From positions 1 to 64,000 of the forward strand of contig NW_005434480.1 of assembly GCF_000315625.1 (NCBI RefSeq): a stretch of DNA of 64,000 nt. The letters run 5' to 3'. Positions 25,778 to 39,400 of this stretch are shown here, piece by piece (position 1 is the first letter of the stretch; every line of letters starts with the position of its first letter). This DNA is from Guillardia theta CCMP2712. Lineage: Eukaryota > Protista > Cryptophyta. Below the pieces are notes generated by a model that ran no database searches, was not told the DNA's origin, and saw nothing but the letters and a program-made list of their open reading frames with translations. The position numbers were made by a program, and so were the translations under genes.

Positions 25778-27413
25778 GACCGTCATCTCAGTACCAGAAG
25801 CTTTACTCAACCGCAGCAAGATATCAATCTAAGACGTGGGTCATACTACGGGTCCTAGCTGACAACCTCCCGTAGGACTTTACGTTTGAAACTTTTCAAG
25901 TCTCCTCTCCTCGCGGCAGCTTGTCCCTGTCCCTCTCTTCCCCTGCCCCTGTCTCTCTCTCTGCCCCTCCTCCCTGTTCTACCCCTGCCTGCTCCCCGCA
26001 CGCGTGTTCCTCGCTCCCTGCCTGCTCCCCGCACGCGTGTTCCTCGCTCCCTGCCTGCTCCCCGCACGCCCCTACAGACCCCACCTCACAGCCTATGCTT
26101 GCCCGACCTGTCAAGTCCCTCTAGTCCCCTCCCGTACTGCCCATGACTGTCCAAAGACAGAGAGTCGCAGCAGGCTCTGGCCGCTTTCTGACTGGGTCGC
26201 AGAGCTGACTCGACGTCTCGGCTAGCAGCTAGGGGACAGCATCCAATGACTTGTGCTCGCGACGACTCTCAGGTATGTCCTCCAGACCCCTCGCGTTGCA
26301 TCCTCATGCGAGCATACCAGAGCCTCGCACGCTCACACGCTGCCTCCAAGCAGACAACTCTGCCTGGAGCTGACATCGGCGACTATCTGGTGAAGGCCAT
26401 GATGACTGGCATGGCCGTGCAATGTCATGAATAGCTTACTAGCCATGTACAGAACATCGCTATGAGCTCGCTGGTGGAAAGCGTCTCGAGAGCGATCAGC
26501 CCGATCTTGGTAGCGTTACACGTCTCGACATGGCCTCAGCATGTGACGTCCTTGCAGACCAATGACGTCGACAAGCAGCAGCCGAGGAAGCATCCCGATC
26601 TCAGACTAGACATGTCAGGTCATCAGTGCTTGCAGCGTCCGAGCCCGACGAGTCTGACTCTACCTCTCCGCAGAAGCAAGCTCGCCCGAAGACACGCCCA
26701 GCCAACGCCATGCCGAAGCGCCTGTAAGACCCGACGCTCCCTTGTTGCCGAGCTTCACGGCCGGCGGGAGACGCAAGTCAGCTCTGCGATTGTCGACGCC
26801 TCCCTCTCCGCACAGCTCCAGCCTGCCGTCTCCGGTGGGGAAGAAATCGATCCGCTTCATGGACGACCAAGCCCCGCAAGCCCCGCAAGCTCCAAGGTCC
26901 CCCATATCGTCTGCGAGCTCAGCGTGTGCCGAGTCCCGTGCATCAGACCAGCGCATTGCGCGGTATGGGGCACCGCAGCCTTGTAAAGCAGACAAGAGCA
27001 GGAAGGCTAGGCAAGACCCTACGATCGCCGCCAGCTCCAGCGCCGTCGCTGGTCAACGTCGGGCTGAGGTGAGATGGGCTGGGAGCTCCGGGCCTGCGAT
27101 GGCTTATCTTGCTGATCGAGCAGGCGGACGAGTGGTGGGCGAGGGTCAACTCGAGCGCGCAGCTGACACGAGAAGCCAAACAAGCAGTCCAGCTCCACGC
27201 TGACCAGGTGATGCAGCAGGCGACATCTTGCTTGCTGGCAAGTGACCGGCTTGTAGGCGCGGATGAGGTCTACGAAGAGTCGCTTGGCTGATCATCGATC
27301 GTCTCTGAGCATGCCAGACCGGCACCTGATGGAGATAGCGATGCAGAGTGGGAGGCGATATAGCGATACAGCATTCTTGCACTGATTGGTAGACAGGGGA
27401 GTAGTAAAGGGTG
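25778..27413 (+). repeat. Unclassified ~1.5-kb repeat, copy 1 (includes a 33-bp tandem x2.6 at 25983-26068)
   Basis: Core acagcatccaatgacttgtgc...ggggagtagtaaagggtg is near-identical to copies 2 and 3; identical short ORF translations recur in the ORF track. Confidence 0.92.
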
Positions 27414-29097
27414 GAAAAGCTCGGTTTGTTAGCGCTAAGTTAGCAGAGATGACAGGGGTCGTTGTTAGCAAGAGTAGGCTGTTTTGTGTGGTTCTCTCAA
27501 TTAAATCGAGCACGGATTGAACGAGACAATCTGCTTGCTAAGTTCAAATCTGTTACGCCTCGAAGCTTCACGGGTCGCAGACGTCTACAGCAAATGCTCA
27601 AGGCATCTCCGCAGGTTGACACACAAAGGTGAAGAGTAGAGACATGAAGTTTATTTGATAACACCAACACACTATCAATTCATTGCACACACAGCAAGGG
27701 AAAGGACAGACCACCTTAGCAGTTGTTGACGATCCTTTTATAGTCGAGGGGAACCACCAGGGGTGGTGAGGCTCCTCCCGCACGAGCGAGCATCCCTCGT
27801 GCGTCCGCTTAGATCTGCTGCCTGCTCCTCGAGGTTCATCCAATCGTACCGGTACAGCAGATACCTCCCGTAATTTGCACACTCTGTCGTCCAACAGGGG
27901 TCGACTTCAGAGCCCCAGTAGCCGTTAGAGCCCTTGCTGCCTTCATGGCTGTACGAGAAGACCGTAGCTTCTCTTCCTGCCAACTCCTGCTCAATACTAT
28001 TCGTTCCTGCGGAGGCTTGAGCTGACCTTGGCAGAGCTCTGAAAAAAGCTCAATGCTCTTACGCTGTTGGAAGGTTGGATCATTCGAGATAATGTCAGAT
28101 CTTCACTTCTGTCTACCAGAAAGATATTTTTTGTGCTCTTGCAGGTCAAAACATGTCCTCATTTCCAGCACCACCTTGTGCAAGTAACCACTCTGCGCTC
28201 ATCGAATCTCTCCGCGCTTGTGTTAACAAACAAAGATATGATCTGGATCGTCTTCTCCCTCTAGGTTGATGACATGGCAAATCCGTCAAGCGATCTACCG
28301 GCTGTGCTCCATTCGAGCTTCTCTACGTGAGAAGCGTTAAGTTTCCTCTCCCGCCGACATATCCATCTGAAGAGACCCTGACGCAATCATGAAGATATGG
28401 ATGTCTGGTGCACATGCAACAGGCGATGTCATTTGTCTCACTGCTGGATCAACAGAGCAACAGCTTAACTAGCGATGTCGCCCTCGTACCTTCAAGATTG
28501 AAGATCAGGTTTGGATTTGAACAGCTGACATTTCAATCCAAGATCAGACCCTTCAACACAGTCCAAGTCAAATTGAAATCTCTAGTCAGTTCACTTCGGA
28601 TGATTCTGACTGACTTGAGCATTCTTCAGCAAAATCTTACAACAGATGGAACAGAGTTGTCGACCACCTTGTCTTGTAGGTCTCTCACAGCTATCATGGA
28701 GTGAGATCATGCCATGGGCCTCCTCTTGTACATCATTCCATCACTCGTGCAAATCGTACCTGTGACAGCTCGCTCTCTTCCTACCTCTCTCGCCTACTTA
28801 CCCGCTACATCAGATCTCTCTCCCTGCTGACTTCGCTGCAGCGCAACTTCGTTACTACCGTTACAACTAGTATCCGGCTTTCTGCCCCCACCAGGCCCAG
28901 TTACTTCCGCTTTGGTATAGGCCTTCTTTAAAATGACCATCAAGTACCAGAAGATTTACTCAATGATCCACTGATATGTCGCCCCTTCCGCCTCTACCGG
29001 CCGATTCGGCCCCCGCGGTGTCATCAATCACGAGATGGCGGCTACTTTATTGCCAAGAGACGTCTTTTCGATCTTGATCACGTGGACCACCTTTCAA

Positions 29098-30705
29098 TGA
29101 CCATCTCGTACCAGAAGCTTCACTCAACCGAAACAAGATATCAATCCAGGGTCGTGTGAGGGAAGCTACTTTGGTCCTATGGCCCTACCCTACCAGGTTC
29201 TAGCTAGCACGAGACTGATATCTTTACCCCTTCCCCCTCCTCTCCAGTTTAACCCTAGAACGCGTGTTCCTCGCTCTGCCGCAGAACCCACGACACTGCT
29301 TGCCCCTCAGCCACAGCATCCAATGACTTGTGCTCGCGACGACTCTCAGGTATGTCCTACAGACCCCTCGCGTTGCATCCTCATGCGAGCATACCAGACC
29401 CTCGCACGCTCACACGCTGCCTCCAAGCAGACAACTCCGCCTGGAGCTGACATCGGCGACTATCTGGTGAAGGCCATGATGACTGGCATGGCCGTGAGCT
29501 CGCTGGTGGAAAGCGTCTCGAGAGCGATCAGCCCGATCTTGGTAGCGTTACACATCTCGACATGGCCTCAGCATGTGACGTCCTTGCAGACCAATGACGT
29601 CGACAAGCAGCAGCCGAGGAAGCATCCGGAGCATCTGACAATCAGACTAGACATGTCAGGTCATCAGTGCTTGCAGCGTCCGAGCCCGACGAGTCTGACT
29701 CTACCTCTCCGCAGAAGCAAGCTCGCCCGAAGACACGCCCAGCCAACGCCATGCCGAAGCGGCTGTAAGACCCGACGCTCCCTTGTTGCCGAGCTTCACG
29801 GCCGGCGGGAGACGCAAGTCAGCTCTGCGATTGTCGACGCCTCCCTCTCCGCACAGCTCCAGCCTGCCGTCTCCGGTGGGGAAGAAATCGATCCGCTTCA
29901 TGGACGACCAAGCCCCGCAAGCCCCGCAAGCTCCAAGGTCCCCCATATCGTCTGCGAGCTCAGCGCGTGCCGAGTCCCGTGCATCAGACCAGCGCATTGC
30001 GCGGTATGGGGCACCGCAGCCTTGTAAAGCAGACAAGAGCAGGAAGGCTAGGCAAGACCCTACGATCGCCGCCAGCTCCAGCGCCGTCGCTGGTCAACGT
30101 CGGGCTGAGGTGAGATGGGCTGGGAGCTCCGGGCCTGCGATGGCTTATCTTGCTGATCGAGCAGGCGGACGAGTGGTGGGCAAGGGTCAACTCGAGCGCG
30201 CAGCTGACACGAGAAGCCAAACAAGCAGTCCAGCTCCACGCTGACCAGGTGATGCAGCAGGCGACATCTTGCTTGCTGGCAAGTGACCGGCTTGTAGGCG
30301 CGGATGAGGTCTACGAAGAGTCGCTTGGCTGATCATCGATCGTCTCTGAGCATGCCAGACCGGCACCTGATGGAGATAGCGATGCAGAGTGGGAGGCGAT
30401 ATAGCGATACAGTATTCTTGCACTGATTGGTAGACAGGGGAGTAGTAAAGGGTGTGAAAGCGCTGCAGTTTTGATTGTACATGTATAGAAGGGAATGTTC
30501 TTGCAAGAGTATAAAATGTACAAGTGTGTAAACGAGTGGATGAGTGAAAAACATTGGAAAAGAAAGCTCTTTTACTTGTATGGGTTTTCTCATCATAAGC
30601 TATACGCCGAAAATGTGTTTTGATGATGTCTGCTCAGGAAGAAGAACTGATGGCAAATGTGATATCTGAAAACCAACGATGAAACCAAGGAATGACTGAA
30701 TGTCT
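29098..30705 (+). repeat. Unclassified ~1.5-kb repeat, copy 2
   Basis: Core 29313-30455; a 5' piece is shared with copy 1 (gtaccagaagctt.actcaaccg) and a 3' extension with copy 3. Confidence 0.92.
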
Positions 30706-31044
30706 TGATTTCAAGAATTTGAATGTTTCTTCTTCCTTACTACCTATGTATTTTGATTCTTAGAATTTGAATCATTGTTACCGCAACTTGATCACACTCC
30801 TTGACCTATTCTGTCCATGAGTGATTCATTAGCACGTGACTAATCACGAGCTCGTAACGTGACTGCAAAACAGCAAAAAGACTTCATTTCGAGCTGCTGA
30901 CAGTCAATAATTACCATACAGAGCCGTTGCAGGATGTTTACTCAACTGCATATCAACATTCTTTTAGTCCATCCTTCCACCTTGTCCTACCTGCATGGCC
31001 CTACTTGTCCATTCTCCCTGCCCCTGCCCATGACTCCATGGCCC

Positions 31045-32578
31045 TGGCCCTGCCTGCTCCCCGCACGCGTGTTCCTTTCTCCCCTACAGACCCCACCACA
31101 CCGCCTATGCTTGCCCGACCTGTCAAGTCCCTCTAGTCCCCTCCTGCACTGTCCATGACTGCCCAAAGAAAGAGAGTCGCAGCAGGCTTTGGGCGCTTTC
31201 TGACTGGGTCGCAGAGCTGACTCGACGTCTCGGCTAGCAAGGGGACAGCATCCAATGACTTGTGCTCGCGACGACTCTCAGGTATGTCCTACAGACCCCT
31301 CGCGTTGCATCCTCATGCGAGCATACCAGACCCTCGCACGCTCACACGCTGCCTCCAAGCAGACAACTCCGCCTGGAGCTGACATCGGCGACTATCTGGT
31401 GAAGGCCATGATGACTGGCATGGCCGTGAGCTCGCTGGTGGAAAGCGTCTCGAGAGCGATCAGCCCGATCTTGGTAGCGTTACACGTCTCGACATGGCCT
31501 CAGCATGTGACGTCCTTGCAGACCAATGACGTCGACAAGCAGCAGCCGAGGAAGCATCCGGAGCATCTGACAATCAGACTAGACATGTCAGGTCATCAGT
31601 GCTTGCAGCGTCCGAGCCCGACGAGTCTGACTCTACCTCTCCGCAGAAGCAAGCTCGCCCGAAGACACGCCCAGCCAACGCCATGCCGAAGCGCCTGTAA
31701 GACCCGACGCTCCCTTGTTGCCGAGCTTCACGGCCGGCGGGAGACGCAAGTCAGCTCTGCGATTGTCGACGCCTCCCTCTCCGCACAGCTCCAGCCTGCC
31801 GTCTCCGGTGGGGAAGAAATCGATCCGCTTCATGGACGACCAAGCCCCGCAAGCCCCGCAAGCTCCAAGGTCCCCCACATCGTCTGCGAGCTCAGCGCGT
31901 GCCGAGTCCCGTGCATCAGACCAGCGCATTGCGCGGTATGGGGCACCGCAGCCTTGTAAAGCAGACAAGAGCAGGAAGGCTAGGCAAGACCCTACGATCG
32001 CCGCCAGCTCCAGCGCCGTCGCTGGTCAACGTCGGGCTGAGGTGAGATGGGCTGGGAGCTCCGGGCCTGCGATGGCTTATCTTGCTGATCGAGCAGGCGG
32101 ACGAGTGGTGGGCGAGGGTCAACTCGAGCGCGCAGCTGACACGAGAAGCCAAACAAGCAGTCCAGCTCCACGCTGACCAGGTGATGCAGCCAGGCGACAT
32201 CTTGCTTGCTGGCAAGTGACCGGCTTGTAGGCGCGGATGAGGTCTACGAAGAGTCGCTTGGCTGATCATCGATCGTCTCTGAGCATGCCAGACCGGCACC
32301 TGATGGAGATAGCGATGCAGAGTGGGAGGCGATATAGCGATACAGCATTCTTGCACTGATTGGTAGACAGGGGAGTAGTAAAGGGTGTGAAAGCGCTGCA
32401 GTTCTGATTGTACATGTATAGAAGGGAATGTTCTTGCAAGAGTATAAAATGTACAAGTGTGTAACAGTCGGAGTGGATGAGGCTTTCGGATTAATGGTAT
32501 TGCGTGATGTCTACTCAGGAAGAAGAACTGATGGCAAATGTGAACCAACGATGAAACCAAGGAATGACTAAATGTCTG
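31045..32578 (+). repeat. Unclassified ~1.5-kb repeat, copy 3
   Basis: 5' 200 bp shared with copy 1, core shared with all copies, 3' extension shared with copy 2. Confidence 0.92.
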
Positions 32579-33417
32579 GATTGGAAGAGAAGATTTGCGT
32601 GTTTGTGTGCAGGTCTCTTTCGATTAGCGTAGGAGAACAGTGGATATTCCCGTAGTCTTTATCATCTTGAAATTGATGTGCACAAGTGCAGTGGATATAC
32701 CTCAAAAGCTGTATTGTTGCGTTACAAACATGTGATCGTGTTACAGACATTTCAAGTAGAGAAATCGATCAGACCATCTTGTGTTCACACAAACGCCCGC
32801 CGTTATCCACTTTACCATGGACCCTACTCATATGTATAGTACCCGTTCGAGTCATCAAAGAATTTGGGGTATCTCCACTTCCTTTCTTGACCCCTACCTA
32901 CACATTCTATTCCCAAACTCTGGAGAGTCCGCAACAGACGCGAACCGCTCGAACGCAACGTTTCGGAGCTTGTGGAGTCCGTGCGCACATGTTGTAAAAG
33001 TACTTTTTAATCCTGGTCACGATGCATATCAAGAGATATCAAGAGCTCTTGATATGCCCGGAGATCCTGCGGGACTGAAGTTACTACGATGTTACTACCC
33101 GTAGATACACTGTAAAAGCCTTTTGGTACCGGAAGCCGGTACTGGAAAACCCTACCAATAGTGAAGGATGGTATCAAAGTGCAAGTAACAAAAATTGAAT
33201 TATAAGTTGGATATCAGGCGGTCTGCGGTGCCACGAACTAGAGGAGGCAAGGGGGTAGTCCTACCCCTAGTCTGGTGGTAAACCCAAGGGTAAAAGGAGG
33301 GGTAGACAACTTACCTTCGTATTGTAAACTTCAACGGCACCCTGCCGGATACTTAGAGGGGTGGGTCTATCCTGCCTCCTTCCTCCCCTCCCGCGCATGC
33401 GCTGCGCTAGGGTCGCC

Positions 33418-36400
33418 ATGCCCCCCGACATGTCTGGGCTGCAGGTGCTGCTGTCCTGCTCGCGACGAGCTCCCATGCTGACCTCTTCTCAGGCGATCTT
33501 GCTGCTCCTCCTCTCCATCAGCTGTCCTGCGCATGCTGCTGTCGTCTCGCAGTCTGGGATTAAGTACACAGTCGCTGAGACGGCTCAGCTTCAGATGGAA
33601 GGAGGCGCCTCGGATCTCAAAGCGACAGACCTCAAGATCTACTGGGGGTCGCTGGGAGCTTGGAGCGAAGGGAGTGACATTCTTGCATCGGATACCGTCA
33701 TCGAAGTTTATCTCCCGCGCTTTTCAGGAGGATCGAACATCTTCGGCGCATACAGATCTGGCAGCGCAGAGACAAGCGTCATGTGGATGAAGCAAGGTCA
33801 AGTCGTCACCATATCTGAGAGCGTGTCCAAGCCATGGGCAGCAGGTCTCCCTGTGTCAAGCCAGTCTTCGCTCGAGGCTGGTCCGGGGGTGGGAGGATGC
33901 TTTGGCATCACCCAGGACCTTTCGTCGAATGCTTTCGATCTCAAGCAGCTCCAAGCAAACTCCTTCTCCATGTGTCATTGGGACTCACAGAAAGAGACGC
34001 TCCGTCTCCTCATGTCCTCATCCCAGCCCATCACAGGCGTGTACATCAGCAAGGTCTCCTTGTATCAGAACTATGACGTTCACGGCAAGCAGAACGGGCT
34101 GGGCCCTCTCCCGCCCATCGGAGGGATAGACGAGCACTGGTATCAGCTAGCGAATGTGGCCGTGTATCAGGCATCTGGATCTTCACGAGGCTGTGCGGTG
34201 AGGGCGATCAGTGACTTTCCGTCGACGCCTTGCACGAGCGATCTCTTGGTGTATCAAGTTCCCTTCGACCAGTATCGCTCAGTGAGGTTCGGTACGGACC
34301 TCCCTCCCATCCCTACAAGAAAAGGCGCAGGAGCCGTCGGCACCGTAGCTCCTCCAGCCTTCGTCTATGCGGCAGCGTCAGGCAACAACGATGGGCCCAA
34401 TCAAGCTGTCTGCATCACCGTCACTCTGATCAGCTCGGCCACCCTCTACTCGGCTGGCGTCAATCCCACCACCATCACTCTCACCGGACTGACGGGAGCC
34501 TCTACCACCAGTCAGCCCGTGCGGCTCTTTCAGAACAAGTGTCAATGCCAAGGCTCAAGCCCGGTGCAGGACTTGATGCCTGCGAGGTTTCGAACGTCCA
34601 CCACCGCCAACACCGTCGGCTCAGCAGACTTCAAGGCTGACGGGACCCTGACCTTTCAGCTCATACCCGGGCATTACATCCAAGCTGGAGAGGTGCTGAC
34701 CTTCTCCTTCAGTCTTGTGACGGGTGCCAACCCTCAGTCGTCTCGAGACCTCAAAGTGTCAATGTCCGGCCAGGCGTGTCTGACCAATGACTTCTGTACG
34801 TTACCCAAGTCAGTAGCGATCACGGTTGCGCCGACCTCGTTTGACTCGTCGTCGAGGATCTTGGAGGTGGTGGGCAAGAAGCTGAGGGTGTCGATGTTTC
34901 AAAGCTCAAGCGACCCTGGCTCACTGACCAACCTCTTTGTGACGCTCCGGCCCAACTTCAACGTCGAGGTAGGGTCGGTCATCAGCATTCAGGGCCTCTG
35001 TGGCTCGCAGAGCAACTCAGCCTATGTCCCTCTAGTCAGCAACAGGCTCAACGGCGGGACGCCGCTGACCGACACATGTACTGGAAACCCGACCGAGGTC
35101 GACCTTGCCGACTACTGGCCAGGCTCAAGGCTGGACTGGAGTGGCGGGGGACCTCTCAAGATCACTGTGGCGAGCAGCTTGAGTCTCGTTGCTCGCGGTA
35201 CTTACGCTCTGTCATGGACTTGGCGGAACCTGGACTTGGCTCACCCGGCGTGCTCGATGACTGTCAGTATGCAGAAAGGAGGAGACGTGGTGAGCGCGGA
35301 GGCTGTAGAGAACATCGGCAACACAGTCGGCACGGTGCTGAGTCCTGGGTTTATCAAGTACAAGATCGGACAATCGACTACCCGTCCTGACGTTGCCAAC
35401 TACATCTGCGTGACGCTGAGAAGCAACTTTCGTGTCTCCACACTCTCCAACACCCAAGGTCAGAACAACCTGGCCCAGATTACTATCTCAGGCCTACAGG
35501 GATCTCAAACGACAACAGCGCTGTTCGTCAAGGCTTGTCCGTCATACGACTGGAGCCTGATGCAGCTACAGCCCGAGTCTGATCCGCCAACAGCTCACTT
35601 CATCGACCAGATTACGGGAGGTACACTCCATCATACGACAAGCTGGTCGTCTGGATCAGCCGTCCTGACCGTCAACCAGGACGACGTTGCAAGTCAGATG
35701 TACTACTCGATCCCTCAGCAGCAGGACATTGTGTTTGCTCTCAGGCTCAAGAACCCCAAGGTCTCCAACCCTTGTCAATCAGTGACCATGAGCTTCTCTG
35801 GTGTTGGCCCTGGCAACCGCTTGGTCACGCAGACGGTCAACATGGTGCAGAACCGTGTCGATAGAGCCCTCGAGGACGGTGAGACAGACGGAGACGTGTG
35901 CGTGCTCAAGACGTACGATTACAGCTTCCTGACTCGAGTCATCGCCCAGTCAACCTCGGTCGTACAGGAGAAGAACGTCATTACCGTCACCTTGAGGTCT
36001 AACATGGACCTGTTGAGCTCCGTCTACAGTCCTCAGATCACCATCTCTGGTCTCACAGGAGCAGACACAGCCGTGACGTCCTTGTCTGCTGCTGCCATCA
36101 CAGACCAGTACTTCCCCAACATCCAGAAGTCGAGCTGGGATAAAGCACGAGGAGTGCTTGTAGTCACTCTTGCTCCAGGAGCTTGCCAGCTGCCTGTCAA
36201 GGGTCGACCGTCTAATTGCATGCATGCTGGCTGGACGTATGCATGGAGTTACACCTTGACGAATGGCGTGACGGAGCAGGCCAGCCCTTCTGTCTCCGTG
36301 TCATGTCAGTTTGCTGAGAACAAGCTGTCGAGCCCACAGCTCATGGCTTCGCCGATGCGCAAAGACTTGCACGCTCTCTACTTGACGAGGCAGCTGCTCA

Positions 36401-39400
36401 ACAAGTATGACATCGGGCAGTTGAGTCCGGCTCCTGGAGCTGTCAACCCTGTTTGCATTACCTTGAGACCCAGCAAGTCTATCAATGCGCCGACGACCTT
36501 CACTCTGACGGGCTTGGACATGTTCTCTTCCGGTACCAAAGTAGCCTTGTACGATGAGTATGGGGTATCGCCTCTTACCAGCGGGCTGTTCCAGACAGTT
36601 GGGGCTAGCCCGCAAGACAACTACGCGACGTATGACAAGTCAACGATACAGTTTCAGCTGGGCCCGTCACAGTCGCTGCAGCAGAACTCCAAGTACAAGT
36701 TTTGTTTCCAGCTCACCAACGTCAAGACAGGACAAGCGACCTGCCCTCAGGTCTCGCTGACAGTAGATTCACCGTCTGCACCTGCCGTGTACCGAGGAGC
36801 TCAGTCGTATCTCTGCAACAATGATGTGACCAGGAAGGTAGCCGGCTACACGTCTGAGCCGTCAGGGTGTGCGGGCTACATCTCAGATCGCAAGTTCATA
36901 TCGTCCAACATCAGGTCGGGATCGAATGTGACAGGCAGCACAGTCTGGTTGACGATGGAGCTACAGCCTAACTATCCTCTCGCCTCGGGTCAGACTATCA
37001 CAGTCGGATCGTTCATCAGCATGAAGAACGCTGGATCATCGGACATACCATGTACGATAGCCAGGAACGGGCAGGTTGTCAATGCCGCTACCAACAAGCA
37101 TCGCGCCAAGGGCATAGCGCCTCCGGCTGTGTTCAACAGCGTATGCAAGTACCTCGACAACACGATACAGATCTCGTACACCGGGGCGTCAACGCAGTAC
37201 TCATCTTCCGTCTACGACCCGTTCTACAACGTCAATGCTCGCCGATCCAAGGGCCTGTACAAGGTGGAGGTCACAGCGGGAGGGTCGGGGTATCAGTCTG
37301 CTAGTGTGATCATATGCGACGTTACTCCTGGAGCTGAGTTCTGGACGAAGCCGACATGCACAGCTGCTGGGGTAGTGTTTGCTGCCGGCAGCTCTGCCTC
37401 AGCAGCCGCGACCGTGATCTCCGGCACCGTCACGTCCATCAGCCTGACAGCGCCTGGCTCAGGCTACACGATACGTCCGCAAGTCTTGATCGTCGACTCG
37501 TCGGGCTCCGGGAGCGGCGCGCAAGCAGAAGCGTTCATCTACGATCACTCCATCTACACAGTCCAGCTGCAGCTGGTCAACCAGGGCACTGCCGCCAGCG
37601 CTCAAGCTCTGACGGTCACATCCGGCTTATCATTTGTGTCTGCGACGCTAGACAGTGGTTACGAGGTCCGAGCAAAGTCCAGCATGCAGCTCCAGGAGCA
37701 GCCCAGCAGAGATGTCGTGTTCACGGTCACTCCCGAGCATAACCTCTACGAAGGCGACATGCTCCTCGTCAACCTGCCTGCCTACGACGTTGTCACGGGT
37801 CCCATCTTCGGCGTGACGTCGTCGCCCAACCCGGCCTTCACCACCTTCACCACGCAGCTGGAGTGGGAGCTCAACTACTACCAGGAAGATCGCGCTCGAG
37901 CATACATCAGCAACGGCTGGGTGGCGGACGGGAACAGGCATCGGTCAGGAGACGGAGACGTGGACGGCTTGTTTGTGCTGTCGCGGGATGACGATGGCTA
38001 CAACAAGAACAAGGACTTGTGCTGGAGCCGCGTGTCCTGCCCGTGGGGCCTTCCGGACAGCGACATCACCTTCGGGGGTCCATCGAAGACGCTGGTGCTG
38101 ACCAAGGTGACCAACGGAGCCTCGACGACTCTAGGGTACACGCAGGACATCTGCTACAGGAACACCAGCGTCAACCTCCTTCAACCGTCGGACTATGTCG
38201 GCATGCAGCTCAAGTGCCGCAACAATCAGCACACGGTGACAGCCGGCGGTCAGGTCACAAGCGTGCGAGTGCGGCACGGGGGCCTTGTGGTCATCAGCGG
38301 GAGATACTCGGAGAGCTCGGGAGTATCAGGAGCCGCGCCGACGTTTGTGGCATCTGGCGCGACCGATCAGGCAACGGGGACGCTGCTGTACCAGGTGGTG
38401 GGAGTCCAGTACGTGTCAGGCAGCTCGTTGGCAACTGGTGACACGATCGTCTTCGATTCTACCTACCAAGTCCTGCCGGCGAATGCTACCATCTCTTCTC
38501 TCTACAGCACCAGCCCAGCTGTGCATGTTACTGCCCCCGGGCTGTACTCCGGATATCCTTATGCGACCGTGACCGGGAAGAACACCCAGCTACGAGTGCT
38601 TGTCTCTGTGGCGAGTGCCAGCCTGACGTCTCAAGGCAGCGGATACACGTCCATCCCCACCATCACCACCTCGCTCAAGCCAAGTGTCGGCCTGCCCTCG
38701 ACAGTCCAGCAGCTTGAGCTGCCAGTGTTTGACGTCTCCTTGACCAACGTGACGAGCACCGTTGTCACCCAGTCTATCCTCGACTACAACCCAGCTAGAC
38801 AATGCTTCGTAGTGGCGGAAGAGTTTCCGACTTCCTTCTTGAGCGACTGTCAGGTCGTGCCCAAGGAGCAGGTCGGTCGGTACACCGGCATGACAGCGAT
38901 GATCGGGTCCAGCGAGTACGTCATCAAGCAGGGAGCAGGCGGCGTCTACTGGGTGGCAGACCTCAAGGGCAACAAGCCTAGAAGCATCGACCTGGCCAAC
39001 AAGCCCTACACCATCTACACGCAGCTGCAGCTGCAGGTGGCGAAGGGCAAGTGGATCCGACAGGGCGAGAGCGTCAGCATCAGCATCCCCGGCTACCGGT
39101 TCAAGTCGGTCCCCAGCGACCCCAACGCGTTCGTCACTCCCTCTACGGACGACGCCTCCAAGACCATCCGAGAGAGGACGAGGTTTCAGTTCGCGACGCC
39201 CGTCAGCTTTCGCAACGTCGGGCTAGCGGGCTCTGCTGCTTCGCGGATGCTTGTGCTCGGCGGTGCCATGTCGTCAGGCGACACCTGCACCATCCAGGGA
39301 AGCGACATCGAGAGACCCCAGGCGCCCGACGGGGTGACGGTCAACCATGCTGAGACCATGACAAGCGTCGGAGGGAGCGGGCCTGTGTTTGCTCCTCCTT

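Noticed and set aside
27590-28720. Possible decayed minus-strand gene
   Set aside because: Protein-like fragments with many stops; I cannot assign a family.
26246-32560. Repeated ORFs of 111-282 aa in the triplicated element
   Set aside because: Overlapping frames on both strands, inconsistent between copies, and no recognisable motifs.
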